Positions 23,019 through 36,088 are shown, counted from the first letter of the stretch. The stretch is DNA of 64,000 bases from an uncultured Rivularia sp. (GCA_963665115.1 OY762007.1:6656001-6720000), one strand, 5' to 3'. The notes: generated by a model from the sequence alone, not told the origin. Made by a program: numbers and translations.

Positions 23019-23114
23019 GGAGTGAGTAGTGAGTAGTGAGTAGTGAGTAGTGAGTAGTGAGTAGTGAGTAGTGAGTAGTGAGTAGTGAGTAGCAAGTAGT
23101 GAGTAGTGAGTAGT
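23008..23114. repeat. Heptamer tandem repeat (GTGAGTA), about 15 units
   Basis: Directly visible; overlaps the GNAT stop codon. Confidence 0.9.
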
Positions 23115-23268
23115 TAAGAATTATAAATAAAACTAAAAGAAATTAAATAAAAGTTACTCTTCACTGTTAACTGGTAACTGATTTACAAGCTACTGCGGCA
23201 AGCAATAAGGCATAAATGTTAGGATTGCCACTGAGAGCGAATAGTGCATAGAAGGAAACATAAACTGA

Positions 23269-25422
23269 ATGGAAGAATTTGAAAAGTCAATATCCTTTGA
23301 CGGACGGGATATTCGACTGAAAGTTGGCGTGTTAGCTCCCCAGGCAGGCGGGTCTGTAATGATACAATCCGGGGACACAGCAGTATTGGTGACGGCGACG
23401 CGATCGCAAGGAAGAGAAGGAATTGATTTTTTGCCTTTGACGGTAGATTACGAAGAGAGATTGTATTCAGCAGGTAGAATTCCCGGAGGTATTTTAAGAA
23501 GAGAAGGACGACCTCCAGAAAAGGCGACTCTTACTAGTCGTCTAATTGACCGTCCCATGCGTCCTTTGTTCCCTTCATGGTTGCGAGATGACCTGCAAAT
23601 TATTGCAGCAACTCTTTCGGTAGATGAGGAAGTACCGCCGGATGTGCTAGCCGTGACTGGTGCAAGTATTGCTACTTTGTTGGCAAAAATTCCCTTCAAA
23701 GGACCAATGGCAGCGGTAAGAGTTGGTTTAGTGGGAGATGATTTCATTATCAACCCCACCTACGCAGAAATCACTGCTGGAGACTTGGATTTGGTTGTTG
23801 CTGGTTCCCCTGATGGGGTAATCATGGTGGAAGCGGGAGCTAACCAACTACCAGAACAAGATATTATCGAAGCAATTGAATTCGGTTACGAAGCGGTACA
23901 AGATTTAATCCAAGCACAATTGGATTTGATTGCAGAACTCGGTATTGAGATTGTTAGCGAAGAGCCACCAGAAGTAGACACAACTCTAGAACAATTTATT
24001 AGCGATCGCGCTACCGATGGAATCAAAAAAATTCTGGCGCAGTTTAAGTTTACTAAAGCCGAACGCGATGATGCTTTGGATCTGATCAAAGAAAAAATCT
24101 CGGCAGAGATTGAAGAGTTATCGGAAGAAGATCCAATCCAAGTAGCTGCAACGGAAAACGCTAAGGCACTCGGCAATACTTTTAAAGGTATTACTAAAAA
24201 GCTGATGCGCCGTCAAATCGTTGAAGATGGCGTTCGCGTTGATGGTCGTAAGCTTGATGAGGTTCGTCCGGTATCCTGCCAAGTAGAGCTTTTACCAAAA
24301 CGGGTTCACGGTAGCGGTTTGTTTAATAGGGGACTCACCCAAGTACTTTCTATTTGTACTTTGGGAACACCTGGAGATGCTCAAAATCTAAACGATGACC
24401 TGCAACCAAATCAGCAAAAGCATTATCTCCACCATTACAACTTCCCACCATATTCTGTTGGGGAAACCAAGCCCTTACGTCCACCGGGACGAAGAGAAAT
24501 TGGTCACGGTGCTTTAGCAGAGCGAGCTATATTACCCGTGTTACCACCAAAAAGTGAATTCCCTTACGTACTTAGGGTAGTATCTGAGGTACTTTCTTCC
24601 AACGGTTCTACCTCAATGGGTTCTGTCTGTGGTTCAACCTTAGCGTTGATGGATGCAGGCGTACCAATTAAAAAACCCGTTAGTGGTGCGGCAATGGGTT
24701 TAATTAGAGAAGATGGTGAATTCCGTGTTTTAACTGATATCCAAGGGATTGAAGACTTCTTAGGCGACATGGACTTTAAAGTTGCCGGGACTGATACTGG
24801 TATCACTGCCTTACAAATGGATATGAAAATCACTGGTTTATCTTTGGAGACAGTTGCTCAAGCAGTTCATCAAGCTAAAAGTGCTAGATTGCACATTTTA
24901 GAAAAAATGCTTGCCTGCATCGACAAACCGCGTGAGGAAATGTCACCCTATGCTCCACGCTTGTTGACCATCAAGATTGACTCAGATATGATTGGGCTGG
25001 TAATTGGGCCTGGTGGTAAAACCATCAAGGGAATTACCGAAGAAACAGGTGCCACAGTTGATATCGAAGATGATGGTACCGTGACAATTGCCGCTTTGGA
25101 TGAAAATAAAGCTAAGAAAGCCCGCTTTATTATCCAGTCAATGACACGCAAACTAAATGAAGGCGACGTTTACGTTGGTAGAGTAACTCGAATTATACCA
25201 ATCGGTGCCTTCGTGGAGTTTTTACCTGGAAAAGAAGGGATGATTCATATTTCCCAGCTAGCCGATTATCGAGTTGGCAAAGTTGAAGATGAAGTTGCAG
25301 TTAGCGACGAAGTAATCGTCAAAGTTCGCGAAATTGACAACAAAGGTAGAATAAACCTTACCCGCTTGGGCATTCACCCAGAACAAGCGACTGCTGCGCG
25401 AGAAGCAGCTGCAAACAGTTAA
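23269..25422 (+). CDS. pnp: Polyribonucleotide nucleotidyltransferase
   Basis: [33 protein letters not shown] and S1 domains. Confidence 0.98.
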   Translation: MEEFEKSISFDGRDIRLKVGVLAPQAGGSVMIQSGDTAVLVTATRSQGREGIDFLPLTVDYEERLYSAGRIPGGILRREGRPPEKATLTSRLIDRPMRPLFPSWLRDDLQIIAATLSVDEEVPPDVLAVTGASIATLLAKIPFKGPMAAVRVGLVGDDFIINPTYAEITAGDLDLVVAGSPDGVIMVEAGANQLPEQDIIEAIEFGYEAVQDLIQAQLDLIAELGIEIVSEEPPEVDTTLEQFISDRATDGIKKILAQFKFTKAERDDALDLIKEKISAEIEELSEEDPIQVAATENAKALGNTFKGITKKLMRRQIVEDGVRVDGRKLDEVRPVSCQVELLPKRVHGSGLFNRGLTQVLSICTLGTPGDAQNLNDDLQPNQQKHYLHHYNFPPYSVGETKPLRPPGRREIGHGALAERAILPVLPPKSEFPYVLRVVSEVLSSNGSTSMGSVCGSTLALMDAGVPIKKPVSGAAMGLIREDGEFRVLTDIQGIEDFLGDMDFKVAGTDTGITALQMDMKITGLSLETVAQAVHQAKSARLHILEKMLACIDKPREEMSPYAPRLLTIKIDSDMIGLVIGPGGKTIKGITEETGATVDIEDDGTVTIAALDENKAKKARFIIQSMTRKLNEGDVYVGRVTRIIPIGAFVEFLPGKEGMIHISQLADYRVGKVEDEVAVSDEVIVKVREIDNKGRINLTRLGIHPEQATAAREAAANS

Positions 25423-25429
25423 ATAACAA

Positions 25430-25470
25430 GGATTTTAGATTTAGATTGTGAATGCACAAATCTAAAATCC
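25430..25470 (+). terminator. Stem-loop downstream of pnp
   Basis: GGATTTTAGATTT...AAATCTAAAATCC inverted repeat; no T tail. Confidence 0.55.
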
Positions 25471-25599
25471 GCGCTGCAATTTGAAAAATGATTAATTAAG
25501 ATCGACCACCAGGAATTGCTTGGTGGTTCAACTTAAATGATTAAGAAAAAAAATTATTAAACCAATTTAAGCAAGTTAAAAATTAAGTTATTTTAAGTA

Positions 25600-25719
25600 T
25601 AGGGCTTACGCATAGTAATCAAAAATCTCCCTAACCCACGCCACTTGCTACAACCGTCGTGTTCCTCGGCAACGCAGTGGCTCTCCTTTAGGAAAAGGGG
25701 CAGCTTTGCGTAGATCCTT
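25600..25719. mobile_element. MITE-like element containing a short dispersed repeat also present at ~10433-10466
   Basis: Imperfect terminal inverted repeats AGGGCTTACGCA...TGCGTAGATCCT; the internal CAACCGTCGTGTTCCTCSGCAACGCAGTG is duplicated in the window. Confidence 0.5.
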
Positions 25720-25760
25720 TAAATAGTACAAGTAATCAACACTGCGGTATTGCATTAATC

Positions 25761-26024
25761 GTGAGTTCCAAACCACTACCAAAAACAGAAGCCCATGTGA
25801 GGATTACCCGACAATCGTGGGAAGACGGTTTGCTAAAAGGAGAAGTAATAGCAGGTGAATTTCAGTGGCAGTTTCAATGGCATTTTCGTCAAGGAGATTT
25901 GTCAATTACACCCTCCCAAGGACGAGCATTAATCAAAGAACCTCTCAGTCGCTTTTTAGAACAAAAAGACTATCAGCTAGAGCCCGGTGGAGATTACGCT
26001 TTTACAATTCGAGCCGACATTTGA
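25761..26024 (+). CDS. DUF3146-like conserved cyanobacterial protein
   Basis: GRALIKEPLSRFLEQKDYQLEPGGDYAFT motif; usual neighbour of the yqgF-ntcA region. Confidence 0.8.
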   Translation: MSSKPLPKTEAHVRITRQSWEDGLLKGEVIAGEFQWQFQWHFRQGDLSITPSQGRALIKEPLSRFLEQKDYQLEPGGDYAFTIRADI

Positions 26025-26100
26025 ATCAATTATCGGTGAACAATTAACAAGTATCAATTATCAATTATCAATTACATTCCCCTTGTCCCCCCATCTCAAA

Positions 26101-26535
26101 TTACTCAGTCAAACGATTGAGATATCTTTCGATCAGCAAAATAGCAACAATATCATCAATGGGGCGTGGTGGTGTTCGCATTCCTTTGGGTAATAGTTTA
26201 GTCAATCCTTTGGGTGGGTACATCAGCCAGTAACGATCGCGTGCTTCCAAACTTGAATAGCGCTCATCGACTAAAATAATATTTACCGTCGGGGATAATT
26301 TTTCTTCTATTTGCTGTTTCCAACGTTTTGATGTGGTTTGGTTGCCCATTACTAATAAGGAAATGGGATATTTTTCATATAAATCCCCAATAGTGACGAT
26401 CGCCTCCTGAGAGGATACAACTTCGTGATACTGGAGTTGTCTATCAAGTCCCATCACGGCTACGCCACATTTATCTTTTCCTGGATCGAAACCCAAAATT
26501 ACCGAATCCGAAGGTGAAAATTTACGGGAAGTCAT
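26101..26535 (-). CDS. YqgF/RuvX-like pre-16S rRNA processing nuclease
   Basis: ILGFDPGKDKCG, VDERYSS, IDDIVA. Confidence 0.88.
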   Translation of the reverse strand: MTSRKFSPSDSVILGFDPGKDKCGVAVMGLDRQLQYHEVVSSQEAIVTIGDLYEKYPISLLVMGNQTTSKRWKQQIEEKLSPTVNIILVDERYSSLEARDRYWLMYPPKGLTKLLPKGMRTPPRPIDDIVAILLIERYLNRLTE

Positions 26536-26631
26536 ATAAATACTACTAAAATATTACTAATAAATATTGCTAAAATAATTGATTATTCAGACTATTCCCC
26601 GTTAAGAGTTCCCTATTGCCTAACCATCATT

Positions 26632-28164
26632 TCACGTACTAAAAATAATTTGTCCATTTAACATTGCGACAATTTTAACTTTTAACGGCCCGGCTCTGTA
26701 AGTATCTTCTGCCGCAACAGCTTTGATATCTAATGATTGATTGTACTGCCGCAACAAGGTTACAAATCGAATAATAGTACCATCTATTTGAATACTTTCT
26801 AAAATACCAGCATTACGAGCGCGAAATTGAGAAGCACTAATCAATAATTCTAGTCGCTGGCTTACTTGTTCGGGTGTCATGTTTTGAGGATCTGCTGTAG
26901 TAGTTGCTAGCACCTCTCCTCTTTGAAAGACGACTTGATTGGGTGCTGCATCAGCAAAAAATTCGATGCGTTTTTCTCCCCGAACATAATTTCCTGCGGA
27001 AAATATTCTCACTACATATTCTCTACCATCATCAATCTGCTTGCTCAATTGCTGAATTTGTTTTGCAGTTGCAAACAGAATTGATGTTTTCCCATCTTTT
27101 GATAAATTGCTTCCGGGTTCGCTTAATCTTCTCAGAGCCGAACTGTTGGCTTCCTGCAATAATTTAATTACTGCTTGTTTGCCAGCTTCAGGTTTTTCGA
27201 CACGAACTACTGCTTCTGCAATAACTTGTCCCCTGATTAAAGCTAGCTTACCCAAACGCAAATCTCGATTGGATTGCCCTAATTTTGCGAGCTGCCGCTC
27301 TAAAGAAGCCTGCTGTCTTTCCAACTCCAAAAGGCGCGTTTGCTTTTCGTTAATCACTTTCTGACGTTGAGCAATCATTTTCTCGCGTGATGTGATTTCC
27401 GAATTACGCTCTTGGATTTGTTTATCTAGTTGAACAATTTTTTCATCGCGCTTTTCAATCGCTTCTTGACGATTGGCTAATTCGCGATCGCGCTTGTTAA
27501 TTGCAGTTTCAGCTTGAGCTAGGGCTTTTTTGGCATCTGCAATCAATCGTCTTCTGTCTTCCTTTAGCTGTAAGCTTTCTGCCCTTAGCTGCTCGATTTC
27601 TTTAATTTTGCTGTCTCTTTGATCGATGATGCTTTGCAGCTCGTCAATAGCTGTTTTGTAGCGAGTAGCAACTTGATTTAGTTTCTGTTGGGTACTTTGC
27701 AATAAAGCTTGAGTGCGGGCTTGCTGCTTGATGGTTTTATTGAGTAGGGCTTGGGTTAATCTTTGTTTGGCGTTTGCAGCTTGCAGGGAGCGGTTAGTAG
27801 CCTGTAAACTTCTTTGTGCTTGTGCTTGCTGATTCCGTGCCTCTGCTAACTCTCTTTTAGTGATTTCTAAATTATTCGCCGTACCTTCAAGTTGTTCTCG
27901 TTTCCTTCTCAAATCTTTTTGAATATCCTCAAGCTCAAACACTCCCTTACGCAATCCTTCATCAGCCAAAAATAAAATCGCTAAAGTTGATGCCGAAATG
28001 AGAATTCCCGTCAAAATCGTCACCACAACAGCAGTCTTTTTGGGACGCAGGTTGAAAAGTGAAAGCCGTTTCTTGCCCACCCGCGTGCCAATGCGATCGC
28101 CGACGGTAGCAATTACGCCTCCTAAAATTAAGATTACTGTTATCAGGATAAACGCGGTGGTCAT
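26632..28164 (-). CDS. DUF3084-like membrane-anchored coiled-coil protein
   Basis: GGVIATVGDRIGTRVGKKRLSLFNLRPK N-terminus, two TM helices, long coiled coil. Confidence 0.85.
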   Translation of the reverse strand: MTTAFILITVILILGGVIATVGDRIGTRVGKKRLSLFNLRPKKTAVVVTILTGILISASTLAILFLADEGLRKGVFELEDIQKDLRRKREQLEGTANNLEITKRELAEARNQQAQAQRSLQATNRSLQAANAKQRLTQALLNKTIKQQARTQALLQSTQQKLNQVATRYKTAIDELQSIIDQRDSKIKEIEQLRAESLQLKEDRRRLIADAKKALAQAETAINKRDRELANRQEAIEKRDEKIVQLDKQIQERNSEITSREKMIAQRQKVINEKQTRLLELERQQASLERQLAKLGQSNRDLRLGKLALIRGQVIAEAVVRVEKPEAGKQAVIKLLQEANSSALRRLSEPGSNLSKDGKTSILFATAKQIQQLSKQIDDGREYVVRIFSAGNYVRGEKRIEFFADAAPNQVVFQRGEVLATTTADPQNMTPEQVSQRLELLISASQFRARNAGILESIQIDGTIIRFVTLLRQYNQSLDIKAVAAEDTYRAGPLKVKIVAMLNGQIIFST

Positions 28165-28550
28165 ATAATCTTGCCGAATTCATCCTTCTACATACAGGCT
28201 ACTACTTTCAGTTATTGTGTGTGAGAAAAGGCAAATAATGCAAGAGCTAAATATACTTAATTTGCAAGTGTGTCTTACTTCAATTGCCAAAATTTTTATT
28301 TTACACTTGTGTCTTCTTTTTAACCCGATTCGATCGGGAAAAAAAATCATTCAAAAAATTTAAAAAAATTGGTAGCAGCCTTAATTATCATTTATCTGCT
28401 ACCAAAATAAAATCATCTGTAATGTTAACCGGATCGCTTAGTCATTGCCGGTACAATTATTCCAGATGTATTTTTTCCTCACGGCAAATCAACTAAATCA
28501 ATATAGACCTCCTAATAATATGCAGCAGACGCTAAATTCTTCAACACATT

Positions 28551-29222
28551 TTAAGTAAATTGCCGACTTAAAGTAACTGGCTTGTGTACGGTAATTTTCT
28601 TCTTGTGTATAGAAATCATCTTTTTTTCTCGTAAATCGCCTAATAATCTTGTAACGGTAACGCGAGTAGAACCAATTGCTTCAGCAATTGCTTGATGAGA
28701 TAACTTTAAATCGATAGTTATTCCATCAGCACAAGGAACTCCAAAATCTCGGCACAGAATTAGTAAAAAGCTCACTAATCTAGAACCCATATCTCGGTGA
28801 GCAAGAGTTTCAATCATCATCTCTGTCTGCAAGATTCGCGAGGAAAGTCCTCGCAGCATCAACATAGATAATTCTGGATTTTCTTTGAGTGCTTGCTCTA
28901 CTTGTTCAATTGGAGCCGAGAGCAATTCTACTGGCGTGAATGCTACCGCATGATAAAACCTATCCGATTTGTTTCCTGTTAATAAGGACAAAACTCCAAA
29001 AACACTATTTTCTCGGAGCAATGCCACCGTTATTTCTTCTCCTGCCTCATACACTCTGGAGAGCTTCACGGCACCTTTGAGAAGAAAATAAACTCGTTCT
29101 GCTGGATCGCCCGGAAAAAATATAGTTTTGTTGCGTTCAAATGTTTCTACAACTGGTGGAAAAGCTCCAGTTGCCATTTGTCTAAACACATTTGCTAGGG
29201 CTTTATCTTGTGTCACAATCAT
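28551..29222 (-). CDS. ntcA: Global nitrogen regulator NtcA (CRP family)
   Basis: [15 protein letters not shown]...[20 protein letters not shown], 223 aa. Confidence 0.99.
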
Positions 29223-29310
29223 CTCCCTTCCCCTACCCAATGCCGGAATAAATAAAACAGATTACCGTATAATACACTTGAAAAATCAAGATTACATTGT
29301 GAACCTTTTT

Positions 29311-29364
29311 GTACTTTCCTATACTTAACCTCACAACCTCATTACTATTTGTTCATCATGATAC
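29311..29364 (-). promoter_or_regulatory. Two NtcA boxes in the ntcA promoter (autoregulation)
   Basis: GTATAGGAAAGTAC (29311-29324, GTA-N8-TAC) and GTATCATGATGAAC (29351-29364, GTA-N8-AAC) on the minus strand, 40 bp apart. Confidence 0.8.
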
Positions 29365-29597
29365 ATAAATTTTAGCTCCTAAAGCTACTTATTTTTAACA
29401 CTTTAAAAGTTAGTTCATAGAAGTAAGTTATTTAGATGAAGAAATATTTAAAATATCATAAAAAAAACGGTAATTAAAGTAGCAGAATTTTAACAAGAAT
29501 TATTATTGCATCCCATAGATCGTACTTAAAAGATAATATAAATCAGTCTAATATCTAGTATGCTCAACCATGAACCATTTTTGAGTAGGTCATTTTT

Positions 29598-30375
29598 ATG
29601 CTGGATTTAACAGGGAAAAACGCGCTTGTTACAGGTATTGCTAATAACCGTTCAATTGCTTGGGGTATAGCCCAACAACTGCATAAGGCAGGAGCAAATA
29701 TTGGTGTCACCTATTTACCTGACGAGAAAGGAAAAATGGAGAAAAAGGTCAAAGATTTGGTGGAACCGCTTTCTCCCAGTTTGTTTTTGCCATGTAATGT
29801 CCAAGATGACGAGCAAGTAAAATCTACTTTTGATTCCATCAAGGACAAATGGGGTTCTATAGATATTTTGATTCATTGTCTTGCTTTCGCCAAAAAAGAC
29901 GACTTAACCGGAGGTTTTAGCGAAACTTCTCGCGCAGGCTTCAATTTAGCTTTGGAAATCAGTGCTTATTCCCTAGCTTTATTAGCTGGTGCTGCTAAAC
30001 CTTTAATGTCCGAGGGAGGAAGCATTGTGACTCTTACTTACTTGGGTGGTGTTAGAGCTATTCCCAATTACAACGTCATGGGAGTTGCTAAAGCAGCATT
30101 AGAATCGAGCGTGCGTTATCTAGCAGCAGAACTTGGAGAGCAAAATATTCGCGTCAATGCAATTTCGGCTGGTCCCCATTCGTACTTTAGCTTCAAGCGC
30201 GGTGGGTGGCATTTTAGATATGATTCATCATGTGGAAGAGATTGCTCCCCTCAAACGTACTGTTACCCAGCTAGAAGTGGGTAATGCAGCAGCTTTCTTA
30301 TCTAGCGACTTAGCAAGTGGAATTACAGGGCAAGTTCTCTATGTTGATGCGGGCTATGAAATCATGGGAATGTGA
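29598..30375 (+). CDS. fabI: Enoyl-ACP reductase; apparent +1 frameshift at 30174-30177
   Basis: GIANNRSIAWGIA, YNVMGVAKAALE. Removing one C from GGTCCCCATT restores AISAGPIRTLASS and joins the ORF ending at 30375. Confidence 0.93.
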
Positions 30376-30498
30376 TTCTAATCGTTTCCTATATTTTTAA
30401 TATTTTCTTTCTTATTTGCTGTCTTTGAATTATTAGCCATCAGATTTGAAATCTGGGGCTATAAAAGCGAAGCCCACCGTCGCGGTGGGTTAATAACT

Positions 30499-30759
30499 AT
30501 TCGAGCAGATAAACTAGAGGAATTTTTTTTAGGGCTGCAACAATTATATTCTCATCAATCTTCCCAAGAAGGTACGGTACTTGGTTTGAGTCTATGCGAA
30601 AGTATTGTCGAGCAAATGGGTAGCAAAATTTATCAAATACGACATTTAGCCGAAGCTTATCAGCTTAAAAAGCTCAAAGAACTACTCAAAAAATATCTCA
30701 AACAGAGTCGTACTTTGGGCTGCACAATTAGAACATCGCGGACAGCAAATAAAGCATAA
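30499..30759 (+). pseudogene. Remnant of a histidine kinase (HATPase F/G2 region plus C-terminal tail)
   Basis: Startless frame IRADKLEEFFLGLQQL...QEGTVLGLSLCESIVEQMGSKI, resembling a degenerate GTGLGL...IVEQMGG box. Confidence 0.65.
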
Positions 30760-30775
30760 GCTCGAAAAAAGAAAC

Positions 30776-30994
30776 TTAAAATTTTGTATCAGTCAAATCT
30801 CTAATTAACGGTGTTCTTGAACCAAGATATTTCGAGAGATTATGACTGTCTTCCGGACTCAGAAAAGATGCTTTTTCTACCTCACCAATTAATTTTTGGA
30901 TTAATTCGCCATCTGAAAGCTTTAAAAGACTTACAGGATTTAATGTCTCTACGAAAGCCCACACCATGCGGATGATCTTTATATCTAAATCCAT
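30776..30994 (-). CDS. Small conserved cyanobacterial hypothetical protein
   Basis: IRMVWAFVE...LLKLSDGELI...YLGSRTPLIRDL pattern. Confidence 0.65.
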   Translation of the reverse strand: MDLDIKIIRMVWAFVETLNPVSLLKLSDGELIQKLIGEVEKASFLSPEDSHNLSKYLGSRTPLIRDLTDTKF

Positions 30995-31326
30995 TTTGTA
31001 AAACCTAGAACAACGGAAATATACCAATCGGGAATCTTAAGAAAGTATTAAAATAATACATTCATCTAAATTGTTGTACACCTATAGCCAGCAATATCTA
31101 GCTGTAGGTGTAAAGCATTGTCTGTCTAGAGATATAATTTTCAATGCAGTTCGATCGAATTGGGATTTAGATTTCCGCTGGAGGGAGGTTGAGAATTTCA
31201 AATTATCTAGTGGTATTATTTAATCCAAAATCGCTGTAGAAACGCATCCGTTGTTAAAATACAGAATTTAAAATTTCACCCCTCAAGAGATAATATAATC
31301 AAAGTATTTTTATCAGTACGGCTATC

Positions 31327-31986
31327 ATGCGCTCAATCGAACATCCCGAAATCTCTTCTAATCAAAGCAGTTCAAATAATAACAATTTTAGTTTTAATCC
31401 TCGCACCGCTACCGTTAGCCGTACTACCGGGGAAACGGACGTGCAAGTTACCCTTAATTTGGATGGTACTGGTAACTGTAACGCTCAAACCGGGATTCCA
31501 TTTTTAGATCATATGCTGCATCAAATTTCCTCCCACGGACTGATTGACTTGGATGTCCGAGCTACTGGAGATATAGAAATTGATGACCATCATACCAATG
31601 AAGATGTAGGAATTACATTAGGAAAAGCTTTGGCACAAGCACTTGGCGATCGCAAAGGAATTGTCCGCTTCGGTCATTTTGTGGCTCCTCTTGATGAAGC
31701 TTTGGTTCAAATAGCTTTGGACTTTTCGGGAAGACCTCATTTAACTTATGGTTTAGAAATTCCCACTCAAAGAGTTGGAACTTACGACACTCAGTTGGTG
31801 AGAGAATTTTTTGTTGCTATTGTTAATAACAGCCAGATGACATTACATATTCGTCAACTTGACGGTGTTAATTCCCATCACATTATTGAAGCGACATTTA
31901 AAGCGTTTGCTAGAGCAATGCGAATGGCTACGGAAATTGATCCAAGACGGGCAAGTACGATACCTAGTTCTAAAGGTGTTTTGTAA
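31327..31986 (+). CDS. hisB: Imidazoleglycerol-phosphate dehydratase
   Basis: [29 protein letters not shown]. Confidence 0.97.
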   Translation: MRSIEHPEISSNQSSSNNNNFSFNPRTATVSRTTGETDVQVTLNLDGTGNCNAQTGIPFLDHMLHQISSHGLIDLDVRATGDIEIDDHHTNEDVGITLGKALAQALGDRKGIVRFGHFVAPLDEALVQIALDFSGRPHLTYGLEIPTQRVGTYDTQLVREFFVAIVNNSQMTLHIRQLDGVNSHHIIEATFKAFARAMRMATEIDPRRASTIPSSKGVL

Positions 31987-32023
31987 TTGGTAATTGGTAA
32001 TTGGTAATTGGTAATTACAGTTT

Positions 32024-32209
32024 GTAGGTTGGGTTAGGCACTCAAAAAATATTGGTTTTAAGCAAGAAATTGATCTGTATTGCCGTAACCCAACATCCGG
32101 ATGCCGATAGCAACACGCGGATAATCTCTTGCTGAAGACGTTGGGTTACGGCGCATCAGAAATCGTCGTTAACCATCTTCTTTATTTATGCGCCTTTAAC
32201 CCAACCTAC
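32024..32209. mobile_element. REP/REPIN-like non-autonomous element at the left edge of the accessory locus
   Basis: GTAGGTTGGGTTA...TAACCCAACCTAC termini with internal inverted pair GCCGTAACCCAAC/GTTGGGTTACGGC. Confidence 0.7.
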
Positions 32210-32337
32210 AATCTATATAGAAAGATATTGTAAATATCGGGCTTGCTTGCACTTTTTTATATGCAAGGAAGCCTAATAATTGCAAATTATGTTAATTATA
32301 ACTTTTGAATGAGAAAACACTATTAAGCTGATATTAA

Positions 32338-35300
32338 TTAACGTTGAGTGCATATCTTTCGTAATTCTTTCTCTTGTGGATTACTCAATAAATAATCTCG
32401 CAACCAATCACAACCCATTTTCATTAAGTCCTTTTTTTCTAAATCTAATTTCCACAATTTGACGGTGTTATCGTAACTAGCCGAAACAAGACTTTTACTA
32501 TCGCGGCTAAAGCTAAGACTAATAATTGTGTTGCGATGTCCTTCTAAAGTATTGAGTAAATTCCCTAAAGGAATACTCCAAATTTTAATAATATTGTCGC
32601 TGCTAGCAGATGCTAAAGTTTTACCGTCGGGACTAAATTTTACTCTTCTAACATCGCTATCATGAGCTTCAATGGTTTTAATTAAACTACCATTTTGACG
32701 ATTCCATAATTTAATAGTGCTGTCATTTCCCCCCGACGCTAAAAACTTTCCGTCGGGGCTGAAATCAACGGTCATGACTCCACCACTATGACCTTTTAAA
32801 GAAAATAAAGCATTACCTGTATTTACATCCCATAACTGAGCTTTTTGAGTTCTACAAGCTGCTACTATTTGTTTGCTATCGGGACTAAAGTTAATGCTAC
32901 CGATGGTACAGGGATTCATCGGTTCATCTTGAATTATTTTGTATAAACTACCGTCAGCTAAATTCCATATTTTGATTACTTTACCGGAACCACCACCAGC
33001 GGCTAAAATTTTTCTATTTGGACTAAATCGGACGCTACCAAATGAATATTTGGAATTTGCAAAATCAAATTTTATCGAACCGTTTTCGGTGTTCCATACT
33101 TTAACCGTGTTGTCGCTGCTAGCTGTTGCTAAATATTTACCACCCGGACTAAATCTAACGCTGCCAATACCTCTTTTATGACCTTTTAAAGTTTTAATTA
33201 AAGTTTCCGTTTGGAAATCCCAAAGTTTAATTGTTTTATCGTTACTTGCTGTTGCAAAAGTATTACCGTTGGGGTTCATACTAACGCTTCTCAAAAGTTC
33301 TTGCGATACGTTAAAACTTTTCGGATATTGCTTTTCTAAAGACCATAATCTAATAGTTTTATCCCAACCTCCGGAAGCAATCGTTTTTCCGTCGGGACTA
33401 ATATTAATGCTCCAAACTCTACCGTGATGTCCTTTTAAAGTTTGGGGTTTGGTATTGCTATCGGTTGCATTTTCTAAATTCCACAATTTAATTGTACTAT
33501 CAGAACTTGAACTTACTAATTGCTTTCCATCAGGTGTAAATTCAACTGTCCATACGGGGTTACGATGACTTCTTAAAGTTTGCATTTCTTCCCCGGTTTT
33601 GATATCCCATAACTTTATCGAACCGTCCTCACTAGCAGAAGCAAGGCTGAGATTATCGGGATGAAAATCAACGCTTCTGACAGTATGTCTATGACCTTTT
33701 AAAGTTTTTAGTAAACTACCGTCTTCAACTTTCCATAATTTAGCAGTTTTATCGTTACTGGTAGAAGCTATAATTTTACCATTATGATTAAATTTAATTG
33801 ATGTTACCCACCACCTACGACCTTTTTTAGTTCGATGAGCGGGAATCGATTTAATTAAAGTTCCATCTTTAGCATTCCACAACTTGATCCAGCCTAGAGA
33901 ATCGGAAGAAGCTAAAAGTTTACCATCTGGACTAAAATCAACGCTTCTAACCCAAGTTTTATTGTGACCAAAAATAGTTTTTTTTAAAGTTCCATCTGCG
34001 ACATTCCATAGCTTAATAGTACTGTCATAACCACTAGAAGCAAGAGTTCTACCATCTGGACTAAAACGTAAACTCCAAAGTCGTTCTTGATGTCCCTCCA
34101 ATGTTGTTATTAGTTTTCCGGTGGATACTTGCCATAATTTAATCGTTTTATCGAAACTTGCTGAAGCAATAATCTGACCATCTGGGCTAAAATCAACTGC
34201 CATAATTACACTTGTATGACCTTGAAAGCTCCGCATTTCTCTTACGTTATAAACAGTTTTTTCTAAAACCGAAATAATTTGCGATCGCACTTGTTGGGGA
34301 ACCTGAGATTTTGTCTCTAATACACGTAGTTTTTCTCCTGTTTTCAAAGCTTCTAATAATGCTTTAAAGGGACTCGATTCATAAGTTATTTCGGCTTCAC
34401 TCGCTTCTAAAGATAATTTTGCAACTGATAAATCTTCTCTTGCTCTTCTAATCTGTAACCAAACAGCAATTGCGGTTGTTACAGAAATAAATAAAATAAC
34501 TCCACCGACGGTGACAATTTTTTTGGCTTTCTGCTGTGCTTTATTTAAAGTATCGTTAGCTTGAGCTAATATTTGACCTTCTTCTGATTTAATTTGTAAA
34601 TCTAGTTTGATTGTTTGTTTTTCTAAATCTTGACTAGCAGATAAAAAACGATAATCCAAGGAACTCAAATTTTGATTTTTAGCCCAGGATAGAGCGTCTT
34701 GTAATGCTTGTCCTCGTAAAAGTCGAGATTCATCTTGATAGTTAGAATTAACCCAGTTGTTAAAACTTTGAGAATAGGGACGTAATTTTTCTAATTGTTT
34801 TTCAACCCACGCTTTATTAAAAACCAGTTGATAAATCCGATTGTATACTCGTAATTTACCTTGTTCTTGAACTACCAAACCAGATAAACGTAAATCGGTT
34901 TGTTCCAAACTTCCATCTGCAATCACTTCCCCTTGCTGCAAAATCTCTTGATAAATTACCAATAATCTTCCAGATTTTTGTTCGTTACGCAGGATTCTAT
35001 CTCGAATCGTCTTTAAATGTTCGGGTTCGTCTTGTGCTTCCCAATTTTCAATGATTGAATTTTGTACAATCTCTTCAACTAATTGATTTGCACTAATATT
35101 ATTTATATTTTGATTTTTGCTTTTACTTTTAATAATTAACTGACACAGCTTTTGCGATAAAAAAGGTTGTCCACCAGTCCAAGTTAAAATTTCTTTGATT
35201 ACAGCTAGAGGATTATTAACTTTCCCATTTAAACCTTGAGCTAAAGGTTCAGCTTCATCTATTTTAAATCCGTATAACTCTATAGCTTGACCAATATTAA

Positions 35301-35908
35301 AAGGAGTTTGAGTTTTATCAGCAATCAAATCGCTTGGTGTCGCTACTCCCAGAAGTGCAAAAGTCAAACGTTTATATTCTGGATTATCAACACGTTTATT
35401 GTAGAAACAGCGAATTAAAGCGAAAAAATCATCAAGAGAAAAACTTTGGCTCAAAACTCTATCAATTTCATCCACAAAAACTACAATCTTCTGTGGAATT
35501 TCTACCAATAATATTTCATCAATAAATAAATTTAACCGCTGGGACTGGTGACAGTAAATCTCGTCTTTCCTTCCACCAGCTTCGCCAATTTATCTTTTTA
35601 CTTAGCTTACAACTACTAACTAAAGCTTGAACAATTCCAGCGTACCATTTCTCAGCAGTGACATCTTCTTTCCCAATTCCAGTTAAATCAATAAAAGCAC
35701 AAACAAAACCTTGCTCTTGCAACTTTTGCATTGTTTGGACTCTTAAACTCGATTTACCCATCTGTCGGGAATTGAGTACATAACAAAATTCACCTGCTTT
35801 TAAACTTTGATAAAATTCCGCATCCGCTTCACGACTGACATAACTAGAAGCATCAGCAGAGAGACTTCCACCCACCTGATATTCATATTGAGATGGTGAT
35901 TCAGTCAT
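32338..35908 (-). CDS. AAA_35-type NTPase, TM helix and 14 WD40 repeats; apparent +1 frameshift at 35541-35543
   Basis: YQVGGSL, Walker [10 protein letters not shown], Walker [39 protein letters not shown], 14 counted WD repeats. Removing one base joins the 35519-35908 and 32338-35508 ORFs ([22 protein letters not shown]). Confidence 0.88.
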
Positions 35909-35979
35909 GATTTTATCGCCGAAACCGTCTTTTTAACTATACTATTTCTACCAATAATTATTTTAATTTCAAATCAATA

Positions 35980-36088
35980 CCTGATTTTTCCCTATTTTTC
36001 CCCTAAATGCTTCTGTGGTATGGATTTATTAATAGTTGATAACACCTGATTTTGTCCTATTGGTATTTAATTAAATTCAATTCATTAT
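35980..36088 (+). promoter_or_regulatory. 11-bp-periodic direct-repeat operator array and putative promoter
   Basis: CCTGA 35980, CCTAT 35991, CCTAA 36002; CCTGA 36045, CCTAT 36056; 22 nt, then CATTAT 36083. Confidence 0.7.
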
